Source of the DNA: Camelus ferus
Lineage: Eukaryota
DNA length: 64,000 bases
Direction: 5' to 3'
NCBI RefSeq assembly: GCF_009834535.1
Contig: NC_045697.1
Span: 112,842,001-112,906,000 of the forward strand
Position numbers and translations under genes: made by a program. Every line of letters starts with the position of its first letter. Within the stretch, counting starts at the first letter, position 1. Under the pieces are notes generated by a model. It was not told the origin of the DNA. It saw only the letters and a list, made by a program, of their open reading frames with translations, and searched no databases. This document shows, piece by piece, positions 12,568-23,060 of this stretch.

Positions 12568-14060
12568 GCCTGTCCATTGACCACTTAGATCCATGTGACC
12601 TCGTCCCATCCTGTCTTGGTCACGTACAGATGATGACTGGTCACAATGTCTGAGGAAAAGGTGAGAAGACATGGATTGGTAGGATGAGCTGCCAAAGCCC
12701 TCACTGGTTCCTCTCTTCTGCCTGCTTATCCCCAGTGTCCCTCATTCCCACTGATCAGTTCTGTCAGATGAGCCGGCTTGCTGGTGAGGGGTCTCTGACC
12801 CCCTAGTCCTTATCACCATGCCCTGAATAGGCTGGGGTTGCTGTGATCAACCATTTGAAGTTACACCTGGGTGTTGGGTAAGTGGGAACATGCTGCAGTG
12901 GATTCCCCAAGGTTTAAAGTTTATTTTGCTTCCTCATTATGTGGTCACAACCCTGCCTCCTCATGATGGCTAAGTCCATTGTTCAGTGAATTGCTGCTCT
13001 GCCTACCAGACAATGGAAATTGTGTTATCAAGCTCATGAGGGGAAGCTCCCATCATGGGGTCCACTGATGTCCTGAGCGTAGACCTGATGGACCAGTCAT
13101 GGGGTCCACTGATGTCCTGATCAGTCTTTCTAGAGCCAAGTTGCATGCCAGGAGCTGCTTTCCATACTATGAGAACTCTGCAGTGGCATGGCCTTGGTCC
13201 AGAACACTAGGGTTTTCACTGCATATCTCCATTTGGGGCTTGACAGAGAACGTGCATTACTTTCCTATTTCCCATGGTACCTCTGTATATAGTGTGAGAG
13301 TTGCCTCTTATTGTGGCTCTGGCATTAAGGTTGCTTTTACTGAAACTTACACTGCTCCAGAACATTCTCTCATTCCAGTCCCCAATCAAAACAGGCAGCC
13401 TCCTGAGTCATCTGATAAAGGGTCTGAGAATTATTCCAAAGTGTGGTTTTTGCTCTAAAACCCAGAATCCCACCAGGCACTGTCTTTCTTAATAGAGGGT
13501 TCAGATGCCGAATGATCCTTCATCCTGAAGGGACTGTCTGGACACGCACCACACCGTGGGGTCTGTAAGGGTTCCCTGGTCTGGCCAGTCCCCAGGTATT
13601 CGTGGGATCTTTCTCTGCCCTCTGGAATGCGTGTCCTAATCAAGGTCTTCAGCTCACTGGCCCTTCCTGCCCAGTAGATCTGATTTGTATGATATCATCA
13701 CACAATGTACCGATCTGATGTTTGACAATCGCCAGCCAGTTAAGATTACCTACAGTCTGTATGTGCCCTATTCCTGGGGCTGGAGCAGGGATGTGTACTG
13801 CTGTCCATGCCAGGTGCAAGCAGACAGTTTCGATCCTTATTTACGACGCGTGTTGAAAAGAACACATTGCTAGGATAGGGGCTTCATACCACATGCCAGA
13901 CACTGTGCTGATGTGCTCCAGTACCCAGTACTGACAGCACCTGATGCTCAGCAGCTGCACTCAGAGCTTACATTTGCCATGCTTTACTGCCATGTGCCTG
14001 GCCCACCAGGTTTCTGCAGGAGCAGACTAGACATTACGTGATGACATGATGGAAACAACC
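12568..14060 (-). mobile_element. Degraded ERVL internal region (ERV3-16A3-like)
   Basis: Minus strand ends ggatctaagtggtcaatggacaggc just before the LTR, like the + copy near 17000; no intact ORF. Confidence 0.55.
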
Positions 14061-14064
14061 ACCT

Positions 14065-14600
14065 GTCTGTCCTTTGAAGTCTGTTCTAACACAACAGCCA
14101 ATATGATCCTTTTCAGATATATTCAGAGAGTGTCTTGCTCCTGTTTAAACCCTCAATGGTTTCCGACACCGTTCAGAATAAACCATAAAGCCTTACCCCG
14201 GCCAAGAAGCCCTCACTGGCCCTGCACTCTCTCTCTACGAGTATTTCTTGTTTCTCTTGCTCAGAGTCACTCAGCTCCAGGCACACTGGCTTCTACTTTG
14301 GAGCATTTGGTGTCTGCTGTCAGAACGCTCACTCCCTGGACGTCTGCACACCTGGCGTCCTCGATTTTCTCCCATTTCCACTTACACACCACCTTCTCAG
14401 TGAGGACCTATCTCCTTTCCTGGTGTATTTTTCTTAAAGGATTTTGTCATAGTCTGCAATACTATATACATTTTCTTTGTTTATTTTAAGCTTTACAAGA
14501 ACGAGAACTTTCTTTCTTTGTTCCATAGTGCTTCCTCAGCACCTAAAAAGTGACCGATAAGGAGTATACACTCAGTAAATACGCACTGAATGAGCAAGTA
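14065..14600 (+). mobile_element. L2 3' end
   Basis: ctcctgtttaaaccctcaatggtttcc...cagcacctaaaaagtg...actcagtaaatacgcactgaatga. Confidence 0.75.
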
Positions 14601-15278
14601 AAGCCTGTTTTTTTGTTTTTGTTTTTTTTCTGTTAGCTTTTGAACATGTGTTTCTCACGTGGAGTCTATGGGGATGTAGAGCAGCGATCCTTAGATGAGG
14701 CCAGTCTATGACGTCTTGTTACCAATACGTGCAAGACAGAAAGTACATGTGTTTATAACGGATGTAATTGACACCCCACCCAGATGCTCACCACCAGCTA
14801 CGTTCTCCCACTTTCTCTGAGTCTTTTCACATAATTCACCTGCTGCCTCCCTCTTCAGAGATTTTCCCTAAGTCAAAGTCAAGCCTTTCACCCTAAATAC
14901 AGAACATGTGAGCATTTTTTAAATCCTACTTTAATACCCACCAAAGAACCTCTATCGCAGAAGAGGCACAAAATGGGGAAGGATGGCTTATCTGGTGGGT
15001 CCCAGGTAGTCCCTGTCCCAAGCTCTCCCGTGGCTGTGTCAGGGCCTGTAGATGGAGTAGCCATGGTGGCAGGGAAAGAGGCCTTGCATGGGCACAATGC
15101 CGTGGTCTCCTCCTCACCAGGGCTGACCCGGCCACCTGTCCTGCTGAATGAACACTTGACCTGAAGAGGCTGAGGCTGGTGATAAGCCCCCTAGTTTAGT
15201 ACCATTTATCCAGAAGACCAGTCAGCCACTGGGAGCAGCTTGATCGTGTCTAGGCACCTTCCAATTTGGATCTGCCTC

Positions 15279-15687
15279 TTAAGCCAGGACTAGGGTGCTA
15301 GGTGATGTACGTAAAGCAGTAGGCTCAGACACAAAGTGTAAGGAGGTGGTACTCAAAACTCCATAATCCCAATCAGTTTTGCAAGACTTTAAGAATCAAA
15401 TGTCTTGTAAAAACTCTATGATAAATAATCCATCAAATGTTTCAATAAAAACAGGGTCAGTACTATATCAGGCCATATGCAGCCAGAGGAGTGGAAAAAT
15501 CTGTAATACTGATTTGCTAAATATTTAAATTGTGCTGTTTGTTCATCATGGATTTTTGTTTTTGCATTAACGTTTTGAAATATTGCTTTAAAATAGTTTT
15601 CTCTCTTGATTATTGAGTGTTTTGATGCCCCCTTCCATGGCATGCCTAAGATGAGTGTCTCATTACCTGGCTCTGTTCCTAGCCCTG
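15279..15687. mobile_element. MER96B-like hAT DNA transposon
   Basis: Ends gccaggactagggtg and ctagccctg; internal tttgttcatcatggattttt and cttgattattgagt. Confidence 0.7.
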
Positions 15688-15876
15688 AGTCTCACGTGAC
15701 AGCTTCCAGCTCCCACCAATAGCTCCAAATGACTCTACCTCAGACCATAGCAGACACAGGGACTCATTTTACAGCAAAAAGGTGCACAGTGGATGTGTGG
15801 CCATCGGATGCCACACTCAGCACATGTCCCATCTGCCAGATGCTGTCAGTCTGATACAGCAATTATATAGCCTTTT

Positions 15877-16226
15877 TTGAAAACTGAAGTACAGTCAGTT
15901 ACAATGTGTCAGTTTCTGGTGTGCAGCACCATGCCCCAGGCATACATATGCATACATAAATTCATTTTCATATTCTTTTTCATTAAATATTATCACAAGA
16001 TATTGAATATAATTCCCTGTGCTCTACAGAAGAAATCTGTTTTTCATCTATTTTTATACGTAGTAGTTAGTGTCTGCAAATCTCGAACTCCCAAAAGTAT
16101 GCCTTCCCACCCCCTTTCAAGTTTAAAGCAAACTAGATATAGGAATGGGTTAATATACTTAAAAAACAAGGTAGCCACAAATCAATAGTCACAAAACCCC
16201 AAAAGCAACATGATAATACCAAAGAA
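15877..16226 (-). mobile_element. Short 5'-inverted L1 insertion with 16-bp TSD
   Basis: TSD aattatatagcctttt at 15861-15876 and 16227-16242; antisense L1 3' end to about 16120, then sense L1-like sequence. Confidence 0.85.
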
Positions 16227-16619
16227 AATTATATAGCCTTTTGAAGATGCGTGCGAGGTATCAGCTTAGAAAAGACACCCCCGGAGAACGGGGCAGTATC
16301 CCACAGAATGCAGGATGTTTTTCAAACCATCATCCGTTAAACGGTGCTTTGCTTGTTACAGGTCCAGAAATTACGGGAGAAAAGTAGGAGTTGCCGGTTC
16401 ACAGGTCACCCTAGTCCCGCGATCCACGGGGAGACTTTGTGCTTCCACGGCCATCACATTAGACTCTGGCGTTCCCAGGTCCCACCCGAGGACTCACTAA
16501 ACTTCAAGCCATGACTGCTCTCTGGCCTCCTTGAGCTCGTCCTGCCAGTATCCCAGCAGGTGAAAGCATCCGTTACCCTTCCCGCAGGAGCAGTTGGCCC
16601 TTAGCCTTGATGTGCGTAG

Positions 16620-17200
16620 ATAATGGGGGCAGGGAGAAGCAGGTTCGCCCCTCAGTGGCGGACTGCGGCGCCTCGCTCCCGGGCGCTGTGGCTGTAAACA
16701 GGCGAGTACGGGAACCAGAGCCTGATAGGGGCGTGGTCACTGGGCGCGCAGCCCCTCGAGCACGCCCCCTAGAGCAGCAGAAGGGGCGACGCAGGTGACA
16801 GAGACCTGGGAGGGGGCGTGCCGTGAGGGAGGTGACGAGTATCAGTTCCGATCTCCGGAGCAACGGCAGCAGCGGGGGGGCTAGAGTTCCTCCCTCCGAA
16901 CCTCCTCTTCTATGAGCTTCCTGACGGTGGAACCTCTCGGAATGCTGGAGAAGCTGCGGGGAGTGGAGGGGCAGTGAACTGGCTGTGACTCCCAGGCGGA
17001 TCTGAGTGGCCCACGGCGTCGTCCAGGGTGGACGCTGTCGACCCCCGCGCCCCCGGAGCCCCGCACTCAGCTGCCGGGCGTGCTGGCTGGTAACGCGGCG
17101 CGCACCTGTGCCCTCCGCGGGGCCTGCCGTCGGCCAGGCGGGAACCTGACTGCCCGCGAGGCTGCGCCTGCCCCACGCCAGTGGGTCCAGGCGGCTTGGA
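16620..17200. promoter_or_regulatory. Intronic CpG island on ERVL 3' end/LTR16
   Basis: About 50 CpGs in 580 bp by hand count and about 70% GC; SP/KLF boxes at 16728-16736, 16761-16768 (reverse) and 16812-16820. Confidence 0.75.
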
Positions 17201-17423
17201 GGAAGGGGGCTCTCAAGGCAGGATTAACACTGGGCACAGTTTGTGTGCCAAGCAGCCATATGGGGTCATCAGACGCTGGTGGTCAGGTAAGACGGCATCC
17301 TGCCTTGCTCGCAGCTTCTGCTCCATAACTTCTCTCTTTTCACATCTAAGACTCCGCCCTAGTGAATTGCTCCGCCAAGAGTTCTACTCCCAGGCTCCTC
17401 TCCTAGGGAATCGGACCAAAGCA
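17020..17423 (+). mobile_element. LTR16-family 3' LTR
   Basis: Follows gcggatctgagtgg; contains cagctgccgggcgtgctggctg and ends caggctcctctcctagggaatcggaccaaagca. Confidence 0.65.
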
Positions 17424-18159
17424 GTTTAGAAATTTTAGAGCAGTTTTACATTCCGACAGCATACAGTCTCACGGTCATGTTTAATTGTGCTTTTCAAGAG
17501 TGTTCGTCCATAAAGGACTGGAGAGAGAAAAAGAAAGATAAATAAACCATAAAGGTTTATTTCTGATTTTATTTGGTTGGTTGGTTTTCTCAGAATTTCC
17601 TCTAGGACAGGCCTCGGTAGCTCTCCAGGACCTTAATGACGAGGAAAAGCCACAGGTTTGGGAAGCTTTGGGTGTAGTCCCAGGTCAACCCTGCTTTCTG
17701 CTAAAGCATTTTGAGGACTGAGGGTGTGGGGCTGGGACCCAGCCTGGGGAAGGCTGTTGACCTGGCCATTGGTTGAGGTGACCTCGTGACCACACCAAAG
17801 ATGATAAAGGATCATCATTCGGATACAGGAATGCTCCTCGGCTTTTGTTATCCAATTAAATTAAGCCTGCGGCCTCAGGTGTATCGGGAAAAGCAAAGGC
17901 ACCAGAGAGTTTCGAATACACTCTCCGTTTCCCTTCGGTAACATGGTCCTTAAACTATGTAATCTTTGTTTAGCTGTGGTTGCTTTCAACATGCGCTACC
18001 ATGTTCAATTCACCAAGCCTTCTGATGGCAGGAAGCAGTTGGAAGTACTTCTTTTTTTTTTTAGTTTCTGACTTACTTAAGAGGTAATTAAGTCTGGTGG
18101 AGCCCAAACACTGGTGTTTTGTGAAAAGCCCAGGTGACTTGAATCTACAGCCTTGATGA

Positions 18160-18335
18160 AAGCCCCTGGGACGTTGGGCAGCATTTTGGATTGTCACAGC
18201 TGGAGGGGGGGGGTTCTCCTGGCATATAGAGGGGAGAGGCAAGGATGCTGCCAGACCCCTGGGAGGCACAGGACAGCCACCCAACAACAGAGCTATCCGG
18301 CCTCAGATGTCCATGGTGCCACTGCCAAAGGGTGT
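18160..18335 (+). mobile_element. MER20 hAT-Charlie transposon
   Basis: ttttggattgtcacagctgg...ctggcatatagagg...ggatgctgc...gcacaggacagcc...tatccggcctcagatgtc. Confidence 0.75.
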
Positions 18336-20094
18336 GCTGGAGGCTGGAGACTTGTCCGGCCCAAAGGCAGAGGCCAGATGGGCAGAGCCTGGTGGTCCAG
18401 GAGGGAGGTTAAACAGTCCACTGAGGCAGGATTTAGTGGACAGGTTAGAGCTATGTCATAAACAAAAGCAGAGCCCATGGAAGTCAGGCTGCTAGTGGCC
18501 AGAGTCATCTAGAAAGCTTCCTGGGCCTTTGGCCAGGGTGGGAGGGGTGGGTTTGGGGAGAGACTGCTCGGCTCAGATTAGGGTGTGAGAGTTGTCTGTC
18601 GGAGTGAGATGGCCCCAGGGCTCTTCTGGCCTCTGGGCCCACAGTCTTGTTAGCAGGATCCTCTTCTCTGGCTGCAAAACAAGCCTCCTGGTTCTGGGGC
18701 ACTTTCCCCATCTTTGGACAAAAAAGTACTGATTATTATCACCCCCCAGGGAACGTTCTCTGGCTTACTGGGAAGTCCCAGCCCGGGATCTTGCACAGTG
18801 AGCGATAGCTCCTTCGTGAAGGAGCAGCGTGGGTGTAGAAGGCGGGATGTTTCTTCAAAGCCGTCGTTTCTGCTCCTTCCTGATGTCGGGGTCCCCCGTC
18901 ATGCCTGCAGTGACGCCATGGCACTCTGGCATCTAAGAGAGGAAACGTGGGGCTGATACCCCCACCCCTGCCCCCCAGCATGGGGGTCACACAGGGTCCA
19001 GTGTGGCTTCCTTACCCTGCCTTCTTGTGTTGCCTGGGAACTAGATGTGGCTCCCTGGGAGGTGGGGAGCTGAGTCTGGGTAGGAGGGGCATTGACATTT
19101 GAATGGTGACCGGATGACCCCTTGGGGGTCCTTTTTTAATGTACCTCAACGTGACCAACATTTGGATGGTTGGCGAGGAAAGAGATTCATCTCGAAAACA
19201 AGAAATTTTTGCTTCATAGTTAATTAAGAGGCCTGCTCTTAATTCCACTGTTAAGTATTGTCAGTGATTAAATCTCTGAACAGAAACACCTGCTAAGAAG
19301 TTAGGATCAATAGCATTGTAGCTCTTCCACCACCTGGAAGGTGGATGTCTTCTGTCAGTGCTTCATCAGCTAGCATTCTGTTGCCTCTCTGAACATCCTT
19401 TAAGAAGAGGATGACTCACTTTAAGGGAAGTCCAGTGTCAAAGTGGTTTTAGTCGAAAACAGAGTTCGCTGTTAATAAAGACTTGGTGGAGGATGAAATT
19501 CAGAAACAGGGCTGCGGGTTGGCCTGTGAATCAGACACAGTGAGGCGTGAGCTCACTATTGGCATTTAGTCGATATGCCCTCAGTCTCCTTAGGTGAAGA
19601 ACTCTGGCCATCACGAGGAATGTAGACAGCTCCGATCTCCTGACCCAATACCCAGCTAAGCACAGTTTCCTAGAAACCTAGGAAAATAGGTCATGCCGAG
19701 CAGTCAGGGGTAGAGAAAGGCAGAACAGGAGAACAGAGCGCCAAGACAGGAAGCAACACTGGGAGTGGCTAGTTCAGTGTGTGTCCAGTGGACCAGTTCC
19801 ATTGAACGTCAACTCTTCAATATTGTACTTGCATATTTTATTAACTTCCTTTTTTAGTATAATATAAATGAATAGATTTGTGAGATGAATTTAGAATCTC
19901 ATTTCTTATATATGTGTCTAATGATATGAATAGTTCCCATCCATCCCATAAGTAATGGGGGAAATATTTCTCCAAGAATCCCAAGAGTCTGGGTCCTTCA
20001 AGGGCAAGATGAAAAATATTTGTTTTATGAGATACATGAAAAAATATATTCTATAAGGTTGAATTTACAGTAGTGAGTAGCTGCTTACTGACTT

Positions 20095-20299
20095 TTGAGC
20101 AGTGTGGTAGCCATTAGCCATGGGTAGCTATCTAAATTTAAATTAATTGCAATGATACAAAATTTAAAAAGAAGTTCTTTAGTTGCACTGGCCACATTTC
20201 AGTGCTTAATAATTATGAGGGCTTAAATGGTTACCATATTGGACAACATAGGTACAGAATATTTACATCATCACAGAAAGTTCTATCGGACAGGCACTG
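20095..20299 (-). mobile_element. MER3-like hAT-Charlie transposon
   Basis: ggtagccattagcca...gccacatttcagtgct...taccatattggaca...catcatcacagaaagttctatcggacag. Confidence 0.8.
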
Positions 20300-20843
20300 C
20301 TCCTCTGGAAAATATGTTCAACTCTTCTGTGGAGAGAAAGAAGTGAATGTTACCTAGATAGTTTCAACACATCTAGAAAAATGTGTCCCCATCTGGACAT
20401 GTTGTAATAATACTTAAAACAACAATTTGCAAGCTCTCAAATCCCAACGTCTGCCATTCAGCCTTGCTTGACATAAGGTAATATTCTCACAACAAGAAAT
20501 ACTGAAGAGCAAGAACTATTGATCATGAACGGACTCTGGGGAATAATGACACAGCTGGAGTGGTTGTGACTGTGGTACTGTGGTCACATTGGAGGTTGTC
20601 ACAGTCTTCGGTTCCCTCAATAATCCTGAAAGGGAAGGAAGGTCATGTGGTTTTGTGGGGCCAGGCAGGAAATCATCCCTCATCACTGATCATCTGTTGT
20701 GCAGAGCGGACACCAAAAACAGCCTTGCAGTTGGAGCATCTTTTCCAAAGGAAGGGATTTATTTTAAAGGAGACCGATTGCATTCCATGTGTTTCTAATT
20801 TTTGCAGATACTCATATATTTCAGTTAAGAATCTCTGATGAAA

Positions 20844-21143
20844 ACAGACTTGCAGATGTAGCAAGCAATCTTATGGTTCCAGGGGGTAATGGGGGTGGGG
20901 AGGGATAAATTTGGGAGTTCGAGATTTGCAAATATTAACTACTATATAAAAAACAAAGATAAACAGATTTCTTCTGTATAGCACAGGGAACTATGTTCAA
21001 TATCTTGTAATAACCTTTAATAAAAAAGAATATGAAAACCAATGTATGTATATATATATATATATGCAGGACTGGGACATTGTGCTGTACACCAGAAATT
21101 GACACATTGTAACTGACTGTACTTATATTTAAAAAAAAAAAAA
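20844..21143 (+). mobile_element. 5'-truncated young L1 3' end with poly(A) and TSD
   Basis: TSD aagaatctctg(a/g)tgaaa at 20827-20843 and 21144-21160, TT|AAGA target site, L1 3' UTR tgtatagcacagggaacta and A-tail. Confidence 0.9.
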
Positions 21144-21803
21144 AAGAATCTCTGGTGAAATAGGAGCACACTTTCCAAGACTAACTGGTCATGAATTCAT
21201 GGTTTTCCAGGATGTTGAGGGGTGGGGTAGGAGATGTGATAAACAAGAGGAAGGAAGCCTTTCCGTTGACACTCTAAGAAATTGATATTGATACTTTAAG
21301 CAATCATAACTTTTCCTCTGGATTTCCTCAACCAAAAGTTCAGTGAAAGAGAAATTGATCTGATGTCAAATTGGTGTCTCTTTTCCTTAGATATGTTTAA
21401 ACTTTGGAGAGTTTAATAAACTATATAAAATGTATCTAAATTCATATTGTCTAACATGGCAGTTTGGTGGTTGCCCCCTTGAAATTTTCACCTATGATTT
21501 TATTTTTGGAAATCATTGAGTCTTGCGGATTTTCCTATTCGTGACAATAGACTGCATTTAGATCCAGCAACTAGAATGACTGATCAGTTAAGGACATGAA
21601 CATATCCTAGTTCAAACACTCCAATAAATAAAAGAGGCATTGTTTAAGTCATTAGAAGCCAAAGAAGTAAGTTTTTGATCATCTTTAACCCATTTAAATG
21701 AAAGATGATATATGGTCATATTTTCTATAGGATTACACCAACATCTCTCTCTGCCTCTCTCCTTTTCTGTTATTTCTTATACTATTAGATAATGATTGCC
21801 TTT

Positions 21804-21925
21804 TTATTTTATTTATTTTATTTTTATTTTATTTAATGAAATAACATTTTATTCATGATAGATATGTAATTAAATGACATTCCCTTGGCAGGTGAAGTCC
21901 TTCTAAACTCGTTAAGAAAAATTAC
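21804..21925 (-). pseudogene. Tiny processed retrocopy of an unidentified mRNA 3' end
   Basis: 13-bp TSD aatgattgccttt at 21791-21803 and 21926-21938; minus-strand AATAAA at 21848-21853, followed about 14 nt later by an A-rich tail; the body is not a repeat I recognise. Confidence 0.7.
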
Positions 21926-23060
21926 AATGATTGCCTTTGTAAATTTGCGGGGACTTGGCTTTTTTCTTTCTTTCTTTGCAGGTTACAAGACAATCCTATC
22001 TTTTTGCTTCTCAGCTTCATCGACTTGATTACTTGCTATCACTACTATTTGTTTCCTTCCAGTCTCCTTCATCCCCCTTCTCTCTGAGCTCCTTCTGTGC
22101 CTCCTACAGTGAGGAGAATGCCGGCAGCTGTGTTGTTAATGTAATTAATGTGCATAGTCAGTTTGGACCAACTAAGCCAAATAAATTCACTTTGAGACAT
22201 AAACTACCCAATTTGGCAGTCTTGGTCGATCAGATTAACTGGCTAATTATCAAATCTCTATCTCACTAATTACTGCAGAGACACATCGTGTATTCCCACA
22301 TTTGAGTCTCGTTTCACTGAAATTTACAGCCTAAGCTTTATGAGTGAAGAATGACATATAAACAGCACCAATTTAAGATGAGATTCAATAACCGCTTGCA
22401 GGGTTTTCCATCTCATCTTTCTGCTGAAGTGAGGGAAGGCGAAAATCATAAACATACATCTTTCATGGAAAAAAAAACAACAAAAAACTTTCCTGCTGCC
22501 GCCAGGGACAGGGTGAGACCCACAGCTCATGAACGACTTCCCCCCACAACACACTGAAATCCTCCGTCCAGATAACTTCTTTATTTTTACCTTTAAAAAT
22601 GAAAATAGAGTAATTAATTACTTTTTGGCTCATCACAGGCCTTCAGTCTGCCAGAAAGAAAATTTTTGCTGATCAAACTACAATAAATTAGTACTTTATC
22701 TGTTTACTCAGCAAACTTCAGGACTTGTTTTGGACTCAGGGAAAAGAATATAGCCTCTTACCCTTGGTAAGAACCTGAGAGGCTATTAGATGGATAATGC
22801 AGTGATTATAGTTCTGTATTAAGTGCTCTCTTGATTCCCTCCACGTTGGTATTTCCACTATTTCAAGAAGATTTTGTTTCGAGTAAGAGAAAGATAAAAT
22901 ACTCTGTTACATTTTGTGTCTGTCCATCTGAAAAATTAGACAAAACGCATATGCTGAAAAGCTCATAACAAATTTGCAGCTCTCTAATCCGTTGTACTGC
23001 AAGGTACGTTTTACATGGTTTGGAAAGACCTCTGTGGACAAAAAATTAATCCACTGTCAG

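Larger units (their letters stand above)
14950..17015 (+). mobile_element. Degraded ERVL internal region (integrase remnant to 3' end), interrupted by MER96B and L1
   Basis: 15059-15151 translates SHGGRERGLAWAQCRGLLLTRADPATCPAE*, like ERVL integrase GHGGRDGGYAWAQQHGLPLTKADLATATAEC; cagggactcattttacagcaaaa near 15760 encodes a QGTHFTAK motif. Confidence 0.75.

Noticed and set aside
13053..13120. CRISPR-like repeat-spacer-repeat
   Set aside because: Only two repeats, no cas genes, mammalian intron; a local duplication explains it.
14046..14489. 147-aa + strand ORF
   Set aside because: Lies within a decayed L2 3' end.
15059..15151. Possible domesticated ERVL integrase gene
   Set aside because: In-frame stop, frameshifts and two transposon insertions.
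16573..17429. Multiple overlapping Arg/Pro/Gly-rich ORFs on both strands
   Set aside because: Expected from stop-codon scarcity in GC-rich DNA; only the ATG-to-donor segment is kept, as a hypothesis.
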